In this document: in pieces, positions 1 to 12,800 of the stretch
Position numbering within the stretch: the first letter of the stretch is position 1
Layout: the number at the start of each line of letters is the position of its first letter
NCBI GenBank assembly: GCA_035084275.1
Contig: CM068755.1
Span: forward strand, 4,960,001-5,024,000
Source of the DNA: Hydrolagus colliei
Lineage: Eukaryota
Length of the DNA: 64,000 bases
Direction: 5' to 3'
Position numbers and translations under genes: made by a program
Notes under the pieces: generated by a model
Seen by the model: the letters and a program-made list of their open reading frames with translations, nothing else
Databases searched by the model: none
Told to the model about the DNA's origin: nothing

Positions 1-901
1 ATCTAGTCTGTGCCGGCTCTTTGAAAAGAGCGATTCAATCCCACTGCCCTGCCCGCTCCCCATAGCCTAATAGACCTGTTCTCCCTAAATAGAGATCTAA
101 TTCCCTTTTAAAAGTTGTTATCGAATCAGCCTCCACCACCTTTTCAGGCAATGCATTCCAGATTCCAACAACTCGCTGAGTGAAAAAAATTCTCCTCAGC
201 TCCCCTCTACTTCGCCTTGAAACTATTTTAAATCTGTGACCACGAGTCACAGATTCGCCCACGAGTGGAAATAGTTTTTCTCTATTTGCCCTGTCGAAAC
301 CCCTCATGATCTTATAAACCTCTATTAGGTCTCCCCTCAATCTTCTCTGCTCCAGAGAGAATAACCCTAGCCTATCTAGCCTCTCCTCATAGCTGAAGTC
401 CCTCAATCCTGGCACCATCCTAGTAAATCTTCGTTGTACCCTTTCCAATGCCTTCACATCCTTTCTGTAGTGTGGTGACCAGAATTGAACACAGTATTCC
501 AGCTGAGGCCTCACCAAAGTCTTATAGAGGTTAGTCAGCACTTCCTGACTTTTGTACTCTATACCCCTATTTATCAAGCCTAGTATCCCATATGCCTTCT
601 TAACAGCCTTGTCTACCTGTCCTGCCACCTTCAACGAGTCACTAACACAAATCCCCAGGTCTCTCTGTTCCTTCACACCATTTAAAATTGTACTATCTAG
701 CCTATATTGCCTCCTTTCATTTCTTCTCCCAAAATGCATCACCTCACACTTCTCTGCATTAAACTTCATCTGCCATGTGTCTGCCCACTTTACCAATTTG
801 TCTATATCCTCTTGCAGATGGCTACTATCCTCCTCACTATTTACTATTCTCCCTAACTTAGTGTCATCTGCAAACTTGGAAACTGTACTCCGTACACCCA
901 A
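1..901 (-). mobile_element. CR1-clade LINE, 5'-truncated 3' fragment (RT C-terminus plus 3' UTR), running off the window edge
   Basis: ORF 35..901 carries SKFADDTKL, WQMKFNAEKC, LVRPQLEYCVQFWSP and FFTQRVV-IWNALP, all CR1 ORF2 motifs; the frame is intact. Confidence 0.96.
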
Positions 902-3564
902 TATAACTTACACAAAGTCTGAGTTACAGGCAACCTGTTCCAGTCATATAAAATCTGATTTAATCAATGATCTACACTGCTCACGTGTGTGTATGTGTTT
1001 TAGGGCAAGTGCACAAGTGATGGTCGAGATTCTTTTTTTCCGTGATTCAGTGTGTCTTGACTGGCAAGCATTGGAGTCCAACTGAATCACGGGAAATTAA
1101 GCTTTTCTGCGCACGTTTCGATGGATCAGCAAGTCATTTCCAACTGTTCAAAGCAGCCGGTAAAGTGCGGGAGTAATGGGGAGTTGGAGACCGGAGTTAT
1201 GAGTCAGGCAGTGATCATTACAAGTCATGTCAGGAATTCTGTGTGTTTTTTTTCACAGGAAATGAATGGGACTCGGATCAATGAGCAGTTTTAGGGGAAT
1301 TGTACAAGCTTTATAAAGAAAAGATTTAAGCGAGTTTTACTGAATTTGTTAATTGGTTTGGCAGAGTCGGCTTTCTGATTTGAATTTACCAGAAACACAA
1401 ATGTGACAGAAAATTTGTAATTTGTCAGAAATGCGTTTTATATTTTCCAAAGAGCACACTCGCCTGCCAATAGTGGGCCTAGAGCAAGCAGAAGTTAGAG
1501 ACCTTCGAACCCCACACACCCTAATTTTCCCCCCCTCCTCCTCACCGCCCTCATCCCACCATCACCAACGTACAATAGCCTGTTTAACAAAAGGTGCAAC
1601 ACAGTTGGTGCCATTTAAGGGCTTAATCCTAGAGCTGCTCATCCTTGGTACATGTGACAAATGAGTCTAACACTCAGGGTGTCTGTGTGTCCTTAATGGG
1701 AGGTCTTCCTGACAAGCAGGGCTGCTGGAGAGTATCAGAAGCTGTTTCCATCCGAACTGTTCTGCGTCTCACTGAATCCAATCCTCTCAGCAGGACAGTA
1801 GCAGAAAGCTGCTGCTCGCCCGCCAGCTGATAGGCAGTCTGTCTGACATAGACAATATCACACAGGCAGTAACAGACAAGCGAAGAGTGACTTCCCTGAA
1901 AACCCCCCACCATGTTACCTCCTTGTGGCTGGGATGGTCATTTTTGGTGTGGGTGTAAACACTGCGTGCTGGAGCAAAGTGTTAGTAAATTAATGAATGA
2001 ATTCTAACTTTCCTTAACTCTCTGTGGTACTTCGCTTTGTGTCTGTTTTACGGGACATCGCTGCCTGCAAATACACAGTCACTATAATTATGTAAAATTC
2101 TACGAAGCGCTTTTGAGACATTTGAACAGCGTGATAAGGTGCTGTTTCAAATGCACAGATGATTATACTCATATTATTAATGTCCTTCCAATTGGCTCCT
2201 CTCCTGAAATTGCCAGATGTATTTTTCTTTCTTCCGTTCCACAGATAAATTCCATTCACCGATATAAAACAATTTGTGGGTGGGTGGAGAGCAGAGGATG
2301 GATTGATTCCTTCATTGGGGTTGTTGCGTACTACAAGGCCATTTGGAGGTGGGTTGAGGGTAGGGTGGGTGTGTGGGTGGGGGGAGGGGAGGGGAGCTAC
2401 TATGGTGCTCGGTTCCTGGAATATGTTGTACGTAAATAGCCAGAAGTTTGGAATCCAATTGAAGGATTGATATGACATCCTAAACTTGGAGCGAAAATCT
2501 CAAGTGACTCATGAATGTCCCTCAGCACTGAGATTAGATTACACCCTCTGAAATCACTCCCGCCTGCCTGCGATATACGCTGCTTGGTTACATTTCTGAC
2601 ATTAAAATGATTGGTCTTGATGTCTTTGCCCAACACTCACCCCGAACACACATCCTGACACTCATGCACCTCAATGTACACTTACACACACACGCATGTA
2701 TACACATACCGATGCACTTGGGCATACACGACTCAAGACCCATGCAAACGTACATCACACACACACTCAAGCACAAATTTTTGACAATGTGAGAGAGAGA
2801 GGAAATTAGGACAAATGAGGAATTCCCTCAGCCAATGTTATTTAGGGACTTTCTTTACCTAGACCTCCCTTGTGACCTATTTGTGATCGGAGAGCCTCAT
2901 TCATTAGTTTGAGTGCTTAATTGGGAATTTACATTGCAGGAAGGGCAACACACTCATAAACACACGTGCATATGCACACACATACACGCACACGCATGCG
3001 CCCACTGCATATTGATTCCAATATGTCGATGTTTAGTAATGAGATATTTCAGTGCTGGGAGTGTCTTGAAGCATTTTGCTTAATTCAGAAAAATAACATT
3101 TTGAAGACATGTTCGTTAAAACGTGTGCTGTCCTTTGGAGCAGTGAGTAATACCACCTGATATATGACTGAGCCATCTACAATGATCCTTGCACTTCACG
3201 TCATGTCTTTCACATTGAGAAGATAATAATTACAAACATTAATCCTTGTGTCTTGTCATCTCGTTGAGAAGTCTCAAAGCACTTCCCAGGAGATACTATA
3301 AAGTGGTAAGACTGTTTTGGGTGTATTTTGAGAAATGGTGCCTCAAAGCATTTGACAGGATTTACTGAATATTAAAGTATTTTCTAGATGAACAAGGCAG
3401 TAATGGCCTATGTGAAGTGAATGACCATTTTATTTGGAGGGATTGTTGGTCAGAGCACTGGGAGAAACTCCTGGGGGATCTTTAACATCTGTCTGAAAAG
3501 GAAAACAGTGCCCTCCCCCCAAAAATGCATTGCATTGTCGGCCAAAACTGTGAGTTCAAAGATC

Positions 3565-3955
3565 CAACAACAATACAATTTCATTTGTAGAGCACCTTTC
3601 ACGTTGGGAGGACGTCCCAAGGCGCTGAACAGTCAGGTTGGGACCTGAGCAAGGGGGAGGGGCAGGGGAGGGGAGGGAGAGAGTTGGGAGGGCGACAGGA
3701 GGCATGATTGAAGAGCAGAGTCTTGAGTCCGGCCTTAAAGGAGGCAAAGGAGTAAGGGAGGTGAAGGGACTGGGATGGAGTTCCAGAGTGTGGAGGTAGA
3801 GAGGCTGAAAGCGTGTCCACCTATGGTAGGGCGGGTTGGGCAGGGGACATGGAGCAGAGCCCACTAAACGGAGGGGGCAGGCAAGTTCATAAGGAGTCAG
3901 CAGATCAGAGAGGAGGAGGCAAGGCCTTGAAAGTGAATGGCCAACATGGGGCTTG
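3565..3955 (-). mobile_element. L2-clade LINE 3' end
   Basis: The minus strand encodes LSDLLTPY and SFKAGLKTLLF (L2 ORF2 end), followed by the cagcgccttgggacgtcc...tgaaaggtgct tail and (TTG)n. Confidence 0.8.
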
Positions 3956-4010
3956 AACACACAACTTTCTGACTCAAGAGGTGTGTGCTACCAACAAAAT
4001 CAAGTTGATA

Positions 4011-4432
4011 CAGGTTGACCGTCTAAAATCCGGAGTTCTAGAATCCGGACTCCGGGACGATTGGTGGCGGGCTCGTCCAGAATCCATAAAATGTTCCGGA
4101 ATCTGGATACTCTGTCAAACCATTTCCACCCCAACCGGGCCCAGTGAAACAAGAGAGGGGGGCTTACCATGCGTTACGAAGAAGCGAGGACTACAAGGCC
4201 TGCGAGGAGAAGAACTACAAGGTGACGTCCAAAAAACGGAAATATCACTACCTGGGCCTGGCATTTCCAGACTCGGGACCCGCTTCTGGCGTTCTGAAGT
4301 CCGGAAATACCCGAACCTGGGCTTGGGCGTTTCCAGACTTCGGACATCAGAAACACGTTCTGAAGTCCGGAAAAACACGAAAACGAGCTCAGCCTCGGTC
4401 CTGAGGTTGCCGGATTCAGGACTCTCAACCTG
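4011..4432. mobile_element. Non-autonomous Tc1/mariner (Tigger/pogo-like) MITE, 422 bp
   Basis: TA|CAGGTTGAccgtctaaAATCCGG ... CCGGATTcaggactcTCAACCTG|TA: imperfect 23-bp TIRs, TA target duplication, CpG-rich interior. Confidence 0.85.
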
Positions 4433-6905
4433 TATATATATATAGACCATACAGTCTAGGCTATGTTTGCAAAATTAAGCTAAGGTTGTGATATTGGGAC
4501 ATTCTCCCAAAGTGAAAGGCGCTCTATAATTTTGTTGCTGTTGTTGATTTCTTAACTTTGGGTTATCATTGGGGAAAATCACTCCTGATCCCTTTCCGAC
4601 TAGTCAGCGTCTTCAGTAGGGAATAAAATCAGGAGGTGTGCCTTTTTAGAATACCATTTTTAGGGTTGAGGTTGATTATTTTTAATCCTCCAAAATAAAT
4701 GCAGAGGTCATTTAGCTTAGCCCTTTAAATATCCGAGGAAATGCAGTACTCCTATATCAATGGCGAACGACAACTTTGACCTCTGTAGCTGGAATGTGTC
4801 CTTCACAGAAAGAGATCAGATCAACTGAAGCTTGTGTGACAAACACTAGAAGCAGTTGTGGGGTGTTGCTGTTAAAGTTGACTGACCAAATTAATGTTTT
4901 ATTAAGGGTTATGTCTCCTCCAAACAAGGAGAAAATTGGAATTTTCGTTGGAAGTTAATTTGAGCTGCACTGATGCTGATCATTCAATATAACAAGGGAG
5001 ATTTTCTGGCAACTGTGAAGGGTTGTGGATTTAGGGCATTGACCTCTGGGGCCCAGGTTGAAATCCCACCGAGGTCGATGGGATGAAAAGCTCCTCTTAC
5101 TGAAGGCAGAGACTGTAGTAGCGCAGGGTTGGACAGTCTCAAACCCTGCGTACATTGCTGTATATTTGGGACCTGCTATCAGTTACCTGGGGCTGAAATA
5201 GGCCAACATGGGAGGGGTAGAGGGTGACTTCTGCTCCTGACTGAAAAGTCATTTGGGTTCTCCTGAGCAGGACTATTCTGAGGTCACCACACATTAATGG
5301 TGACACCGACAAAATATACAGTCAATTCACTTTACAGTAAATTCTGTGCAGTGCTTTGAGACATCTCGAAGATGTGATAAGGCACTTTATCAAATGCAGG
5401 ATTATTATTATTATTATTAGGACTCTGGGATGTTCCAGAGATAAGAAGACACAAATAAGAAGTTTGGGTGTTCAATTAACAGCGTGATATCCCCTTGTAA
5501 ACCAGTAAGGAAATAAATGACAGGGACCCCACTTGCGTATAGGTCCTGTTCTGCAGCCCACCATCTGAAATGGAGAAAGAGAAGCGAGTCAACTTCTCTC
5601 CGAAATCGTCAAGTCAGCCATCGCTGTACAATGTAACAGGACAGAGTCTAGTATGTTAACGTACGGATGATAAGTGTAATCTCCTCTGTGACAGTTGGCA
5701 TCCCCAACCTTGAACCGTTGACATTAACCGCGTGGAAATGTCAGGCGGACAAAAAGGATCCATGTCGTCGTGGCAACCGCTGCCCTGGAATGTTGGGAGT
5801 CAAACTTGGTTGCAGCCAAATGTTCTGTCATTCAATGGATTGGGCAGATTACACACAAAAATTAGGTGCAGCTTTTCATATCAGGAGATGAAATCAAGCC
5901 GTGTGCTGGCCTTCTCCCAGCGTGAGCAGTTGTGGCTAGTGCTCACTACTTGGCTTCTCTGAGTGTGTGTACATTTGTGTGTGTGTGTGTGTATGTGTGT
6001 GTGCATGTATACATGCACGTATGTGTTTGTCCCTTTCTATCTTCTTCATGCATACTATATTTCCATCCTCAGAGAGGATGGGTGAGACTGGGACTATGTA
6101 TTATTGGTTAGTCCAGTATAGAATTGGAATGCTGTTCACCCACCCCCCCACCCCCTCACACACATACATAGGTTTAATTCTCCCGTCTCGAACATTCACC
6201 TACAAAATACACAGTGACTACACTTGACAATAAATCCTGTGAAGTGCTTTGAGACAAGAAGCTGACGTATAAAGCATTATATCAAATGCAAGGATTATTA
6301 TTATTGCTACTTAACACTGGGGAATGTTTCCACAGGCAACCAAGTGGACGCTGTACTTGCGTGAGACTTGAATACTGAGGGTTAATTGCCCGATATCCAA
6401 ACAGTAACATTTCCAGCCGGGATAGTCTGGGAGTTGCAGCCTCTACAGACATTAATTAGCACAACAATAACTGCGATCAGCACCATTTCCTTATCAGAAT
6501 TAGATGTACATTATGGAACTGCACCAGGCCCATTCATGCTAATTCCAGCCAAGATCTCAGGTGCTGTTTGGTAGGTTCAGGGGTTAATGTGTTTGATCTC
6601 GATCTGAACTGGGTGTTTGAGAGCAGGTTTCTGGACTCATTGGGAAAGCAGCTAAATGCTGTAATGGGAGGACGGTAGGTAGGGTGGGTGTTTTGGAGAG
6701 AATCAGATTAGATGTGCCAGGCTGAAATGCGTTTTTTTTATCCAAACCAATCTTGTGATCTACCCCTTCAGCTCCCACTGTGGGTTCCAGGCCAGAATGC
6801 GTACATTTGCATTTCTCATCTTTTTTTTTAGCGTTTATTTGGTTTTATTTATTTATTTCTTCCTCATTCTCTCATACTTTCCCCTTTTGTTTTGTGTGTG
6901 TTCAG

Positions 6906-6977
6906 AATGGGAGTCTGGCCTGGAATGATGATGCTGATGGTGGACGAGCAAGAGAGGCGGCCAAAGACTTTGCAAAG
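6906..6977 (+). CDS. ARID3B: ARID3B exon (probable exon 3 by human numbering): NGSLAWNDDADGGRAREAAKDFAK
   Basis: Long pyrimidine tract and ttcag acceptor; 72 nt, phase 0-0; donor AAG|gtcgga. Resembles human ARID3B NGGLAWSDDADGGRGREISRDFAK. Confidence 0.9.
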
Positions 6978-7267
6978 GTCGGATTATTTTTCTCCTTTCT
7001 TTCCCTGCCTGTGCTATGACTTCCACCTGTTTAACTCATGGCTTTGTCTCTCTGTCGCAGTTCCTCCAGTACATCTTCACCCAGGTTCTGTTAGATCGAC
7101 CCAATAGAAATTCAGTTTGCATAACATTGACCTGCAAGACCTTGACCTTACTAAGAGTAACCTCAACCTTGGTTTCTAGATAAGATAGCTCTAGGTTAAA
7201 CCTCGTTTGAGATATTTCAGGCCCAGTAACTCTTAACAACGATTTGACAGCCATTGACCTAGACCTT

Positions 7268-7530
7268 AATAATAATCATTGCATTTGATATAGCATTTTT
7301 CACTTCTTCTAGATGTCTCAAAGCACTTCATAGAATATACTGTAAAGAGAATTGACTGTACATTTGTGGGAAAAAAACAGCAGCCAATTGCGCACAGCAG
7401 TGTCCCACGAACAGCTGTGGATTGAAATGACCAACTTTTTTGGGGGGGAGGGATTATTATTAGGCGTGTGGAGTTAGGAAACTTACCCAGGGTTTTGCCC
7501 TGACCTGCCTGGATTTGAACTCAGGTCTCA
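7268..7530 (-). mobile_element. tRNA-headed, Deu-like, L2-tailed SINE (young family A), head truncated
   Basis: Matches the other copies: gcatttgatatagc...gtcccac.aacag..gtggattgaaatgacc...ggaaactt.ccc. A short partial duplicate follows to about 7612. Confidence 0.85.
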
Positions 7531-8762
7531 CGCTGAATCGATTGTATACTTGTGGGCGAAATGTGGCAGCCGATTCCGCACAGCAATGTCCCACAAACAG
7601 TTGTGGATTGAAGGGTCAAAACCATGACCTTTAGGCTCCCATTGACTCTAATTTTCACTTTTAGCATAAGCAATCCAAATCTCATATACTCTTGATGTCT
7701 AGATTAACACATTGCCTCATTGGTACAGGTAGAACAATGGGAAGTTGAACGTTGGCAGCAATGAACCTGTTTTGTGAGGGTTTCCACGCTGTATTCATTC
7801 AGGAAAGACGTCAGAAATATGTGTTTCAGTGCCTTGGGAAGTCCTCCTGATGTGAAGGGCGCTATACGAATGTAATTTTGTTGTTGTTATAGTTGTTCCA
7901 ATAGTGCAGGAAGCGCTTTCAACATAAGTGCATGTATGTAATAAGTGCGATGTTAATGATAATTATGCCTTACATTTGATATTGCGCCCTTCACATTGGA
8001 AGGACGTCTCAAAATGCTACATAGGGTTTACTGTAAACTGTAGTGGTTGCGGTGGTGGTGGAAGCAGATTCGATAACAATTTTCAAGAGAGAAGTGGATA
8101 GATATTTGCGGAGGACCAGTTTGTGGGGAGAGCGGGGAGGAGTGGGATTGATTTAGATAGCTAATTTGAAGAGCTGAGATGAGCCAACTGGCCTCCTTCT
8201 GTTGCATATTGGCCTGCAGTATTCAACTGTAGGAGCTGTGTCAATTGCAGGAATAATAATTTATAATTTATATAATTGATCTCAAAAGGGTGAATGGACC
8301 TGGAAATTTAACCTGGACCTTTCTGGCTACAACAGCAACAACAAATTGGTTTTATATAGCGCGTTTCAAGTTAGGAGGACGTCCCAAGGCACTGGACAGT
8401 GAGGGGTTTGCACCTGAGCTAGGGATTGGAATCAAATCCAAAGATTACCAGAGATGTTTCCAGTGTTGTAAAGTGTATTGCCGGAATATTTGAAAGTGTC
8501 TGAACACAAATGTAGAACAGTGGTGTTCATTTTCTTACAAAATAAGAGTATCCAGTTCAACCAGAAGCAGGAAGTAAAATGTGTAATCTTGTGCCATTGC
8601 CCTGGGTTCTTCCACAGGAGACTGCCCTCAAAGTCTTTAATCCAGTTTGCCCTGGAGACATTCCAGAGCCCAGTTTTCACTGATTCTTCATTGCTTCCAG
8701 AAGAGTGAGGTTTGCGCAGGTTTGCTGTCTTCGGTTGTTATAAAGTGAATCATTCTCCAGCA

Positions 8763-9035
8763 CAGGAACATAGGAACGGGAGTAGGCCATTCAGCCCCTT
8801 GAGCCTGATCCGCCATTCTATCAGATCATGGTTGATCTGTACCTCAACTCCAATGACTTGACTTTGCACCGTATCCCTTGATCCCCTTCCCTAACAAATA
8901 TCTATCTACCCCAGTATTAGAAATTTGAATGGATGCAGCATCCATATCATTTGGGGAGGGAGAATTCCAGATTTCCATTACTCTTTCCATGGAAAAATGC
9001 TTTCTCATTTCACTCCTACATGGCCTAGCTCTAAG
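8763..9035 (-). mobile_element. CR1-type 3' end, second (older) family
   Basis: cataggaacgggagtaggccattcagccccttgagcctg... is the reverse complement of the copy at 48640-48875. Confidence 0.75.
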
Positions 9036-9994
9036 ATCATGATATGATTATTACTGTAGCATTGATACTCATTGCTGTTGCTTTACTGAACCGACACTCT
9101 TCCTTTTACTAATTCACATTTGATCAAAGGTCCCTCTGTACCAGGCCATTTCCTTCCCCCCCTTTCCCCTCCCCCTTCCTCCACTCGCTCAGAAAGCCAG
9201 TATTGATCAATTTAAAATGGCATTAACAAGGGGTGGTGGGAGGGGGTAAGGAGTGGGAGCCTTGCAAAAAGCACGTTTCATATCTGTGCAGTATCAAAGG
9301 ATATTTTTGCAAAGGATTGGCCATTAAATGTCAGCCAAACATTTCGTATGGCTTAAGGTAATGGTAGCTTCCATTTGTAGCCATTTTAGATTTAAAGGGG
9401 CAGTGTCATCTTACATCTTCTGCGAGCTCCATCTCTCTTTTGATTCGCTTCGTATCGATCCTGCCTCTACAGCTCTGTGGGGCTGTGACCCACAGTCCAG
9501 TTGAGGCTGACTTTTAAAATATATTTGCTTTGACTTTTTGTCACAATTTCTTCTGACAAAAGCTCACTGCCAAAACTTGTGCAACTATTTATATTCATAA
9601 CAAGACTTTCACGTAAAATAAGCCATGATTACTGCGAGAAAGACGCCACATTTCTTTCAAATGGTTCCTTTGAAATGAGCAGGGCAAACCTTGAGATCGA
9701 TTCCACTGATAGTGAGCATATTTGAAAGCAAAGTAAGAAAAACTGCCCTCGAGCGAGAAATCTTCTGGTGATGATAACAATACCTTGTGTTTGACCTAGC
9801 ACTTCATCACATTGATTCGAACATTTCAAAGTGTTCCATAAGATTTACTATCAAGTGTAGTGACTGTGTATATTGTAGGCGAACGAGGCAGCCAAGTTTT
9901 GTGCAATGATATCGTCACAAACAGCTGGGTGCCACAAAGACCATTAGACTCGCTCGGCAGGACTCATCTTACAGAGAGAAGCTTATATTCAGCT

Positions 9995-10017
9995 CCCCCC
10001 CCCCCCCCCCCCCCCCC
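9995..10017. repeat. Poly-C run (23 nt)
   Basis: Direct reading. Confidence 0.95.
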
Positions 10018-10546
10018 ACCCCCTCACCCCCTTGTACCTGACTTAGGGCATCTGTTGCTATTCAAATGACATGCAAAGCAAAAAATACATTCTGTTTCTG
10101 TACATTTCGTCTCAGAAATACTCAGAACCCAGGAGAGGTTGTGTGTGGTAGGGTGGGGGCGGGGGGCTGTAGTTATGGTAATGGTTATTAACCGAGATAT
10201 TACTCACAATCACGCTCACCAGAAACAGTGAAATTAAAAGATTGAAGTGAAAAGAGAGATTACAACCACAACTTCGATTTATATAGCGCCCTCCACACCG
10301 GACGGCATCTCAGAGCATTTCAGTCTTGCAGATTAGAGCTTGGAGAGTGTTGATATCACCTTCCACACTTTATTTGCCCCGTTGGACGTCAATGTAGCTC
10401 CAACTGTCTACTGGTGTTTAGTGTTTAGTAAGAGAGATAAACTTTGGGTCAAGCCTTATACTAGCATGTTGTCCAGAATCCTTGTGATCTCTGGGTTGCT
10501 GTAGGTTAGGTCATTAATTCAGTTCCTTTGAATATAATAATAATCG

Positions 10547-10885
10547 TGGAGTTCTGTAGCTCAGCGGTTAGAGCACTCGGGTTACCAGCGAGAAACCTGG
10601 GTTCGATTCCAGGCAGGCGAAACCTTGGGCAAGTTTCCTTACTCCACGTGCCTAATAATTATCCCTCAAAAAATAAACAATAATAAATTGGTCATTTCAA
10701 TCAACGACTGCCACGTATCGCCCACAAAATTGCCCACAACAGTCATTTTACTTTACAGTATATAATGTGAAGTGCTTTTAGACATCTAGAAGACAACAAC
10801 ACAACAACAAAATTAAATTTCTAGAGCGCTTTTCACATCGGGAGGAAAGCGCTATATCAAATGCAAGGATTATGATTATTATTAT
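10547..10885 (+). mobile_element. SINE family A, full length, with a short antisense L2-tail piece inserted near 10795-10847
   Basis: A box TAGCTCAGCGG, B box GGTTCGATTCC, and the ...gctatatcaaatgcaaggatt(att)n tail. Confidence 0.88.
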
Positions 10886-11060
10886 AATCATTGCATTTGA
10901 TTTAGTGCATTTGATTTAGTGCCTTATCCCATTGTCACAATGTCTCAAAATGCTTCACAGAATACACTGTAAAGTTCTGTGTGTTTTGTAGGCGAAACGC
11001 AGCAGCCAGTTTGCACACAATGATGTCCCACAAACAGCCATGGAGTGAGTGACCAATTGT
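10886..11060 (-). mobile_element. SINE 3' part, tail-to-tail with the preceding copy
   Basis: ttgcatttgatttagtgcc...tgtctcaaaatgcttcacagaatacactgtaaag...gtcccacaaacagcc. Confidence 0.8.
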
Positions 11061-11744
11061 ACAGTATTTGGGAGATGTTGTTAGCAATTCATTCTGTGTG
11101 GATTAATCTACAAAAGAGTGGAACTCTTTTTAAAATGCGTAGTACAAAATACACAATCACTAGTTACAGTATATCCTCTGAAGCACTTTTAAGACTTTAA
11201 CCAACCTGGAATGCGCAAAATTCAAATGTAAAGATTGTGATAGTGTGTGACTACCTATCTGGCCTCTACAGTGCGAAATGCCTTCGATGTGTGTCTAGAA
11301 ATCTAATAAATCTGAATCCTTTCAGTTGACAGGAACTTGTCTTCTTGCTTTTTGAAACGCTTTGTAGTCTCTTACCTCACCAATTGTGCTAGTCGTCTGT
11401 TAAACCGTACACTCATCACCCAGTTATCAGAACATTTCCTGTTCTCTTTTGTTGTGCTTATTGTGGATCTGATTGTGCTGTAACCATTGCTTTTCACCAT
11501 TATAAAGCTGCCGCTCCAATGATAGGGCTCAGCTGGTGGAAAGGAAGAGTTTCAAACCCGATCTTAACCCAGTGACCTCCGCTAGAAAGTGCTTTCGTGG
11601 GGAAATTGTGCAAAAGTGTGACTCCCATCTTAATTTAGAAGCCTGTTCTTTTTAAGAACTGTAGAAAATGGTACCTCACCCCATCTGAGAATCAGAAGCA
11701 TCCCAACCACGTCGATGGGGCTTGAAATCACTTAGTTTATGCTA

Positions 11745-12065
11745 GCATTGCAATTCAGTGCTAGGAGTGCGCTACATGGATGGAGATTACCTCCTTTAGA
11801 TGAGACATTCAACCGAAGTTCCATATGTCTATTTTAAAAGCTTTTAAAGATCCAGTGATGCTATTCGAAGAGAGAAGGGTGTCCTGGCTAACAATCCCTC
11901 AGATAAAATCAGTCATTGACTGCAAAGCTGCTTGTGAGATGTTGCTGTGTAAAATTGGTTGCCACGTTTGCCTAAAATTTACAGTCACTACACTCTATGC
12001 TTTGGGGAACACTTTATGTTCCTCCGAAAAGTGCTATATCAAATGCAAGGGTGATTATTACTATT
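11745..12065 (+). mobile_element. Older SINE with a longer Deu-domain core
   Basis: gatgagacattcaaccgaag...aaagatccagtgatgctattcgaagag...gtcctggctaacaatccc...gctgtgtaaaattggttgcc, followed by an L2-like tail. Confidence 0.7.
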
Positions 12066-12330
12066 GAAACTTGCTTCCAAATTAAGAACTTTACGTTATG
12101 TTAATGTTGAAGAAAAGTGATCTCTCGGGACTGAGATGGTGGAATTTTGGTCTGGCAATTAGTGTAGTAAGGCTGACAGCTGGTTTCTCAGGGGGAGTGG
12201 GGGGCACGGAGGGTGTCTGGGTGGGTGTTTGGGGAGTGTGATGGGTGTCCAGGCTGAAATCCTCAGTCCTAGGGCCTCATGGAGGGTGAGCTAACATCCA
12301 TCAATGTTTTTTTTTCCGTTTGTTTCACAG

Positions 12331-12403
12331 CTTTACGAGCTTGACAGTGACCCCAACCGAAAAGAGTTCCTGGACGACTTATTTGCTTTTATGCAGAAGA
12401 GAG
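12331..12403 (+). CDS. ARID3B: ARID3B exon: LYELDSDPNRKEFLDDLFAFMQKR(G), start of the ARID domain
   Basis: tttcacag acceptor, 73 nt, GAG|gtgagt donor; hallmark ARID3 sequence. Missed by the ORF track. Confidence 0.97.
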
Positions 12404-12464
12404 GTGAGTTTATACATCCCCATCTGAGAAGGTGCTGCGTTTGTTTTTGATCTTACTGCAAATG

Positions 12465-12800
12465 CCCTTCCTCCTCTCTCTAGCTTTCTTACTCTCTTTC
12501 GCGCACTCTCTCATTCTGACACACACATTTTCTTTCTCACACATTTTCTCTCTTTTATACTTTCTTTCACACACTCCATATTGTTCTCTCTCACATTCTT
12601 TCTCATACTATCTCTCATTATCTCTCTATTCCACTCTCACTCCCTCTCTCACTATTCCTCTCCCTATCATACATAGACATTCAGTGCACAAACACACACG
12701 CACAAGTACACTCTCACACATACGCATTTTCTCTCTCCTGCACACATACTTTCTGTCTCTCATACACATATATGTACTGACTATCTGACACACACTCTCC
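12465..12800. repeat. Degenerate CT/CA low-complexity tract
   Basis: Direct reading; it produces the spurious L/S/H-rich ORF 12432..12788. Confidence 0.85.

Noticed and set aside
35-901. 288-aa ORF, and the 300-aa ORF 25796..26698, as host genes or a novel RT system
   Set aside because: Both are 5'-truncated CR1 ORF2 fragments with LINE tails. They lack the endonuclease and most of the RT, and have no genuine start codon.
552-1085. 177-aa plus-strand ORF
   Set aside because: Antisense shadow of the CR1 frame.
3981-4450. Four overlapping ORFs on both strands
   Set aside because: They coincide with the GC-rich MITE, have no transposase motifs, and stops are scarce because of composition.
10547-10620. 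tRNA genes (also at 13590-13657, 19477-19550, 48031-48100, 52700-52771)
   Set aside because: These are tRNA-like SINE heads. They run into SINE bodies, lack a proper acceptor stem, and vary at the anticodon.
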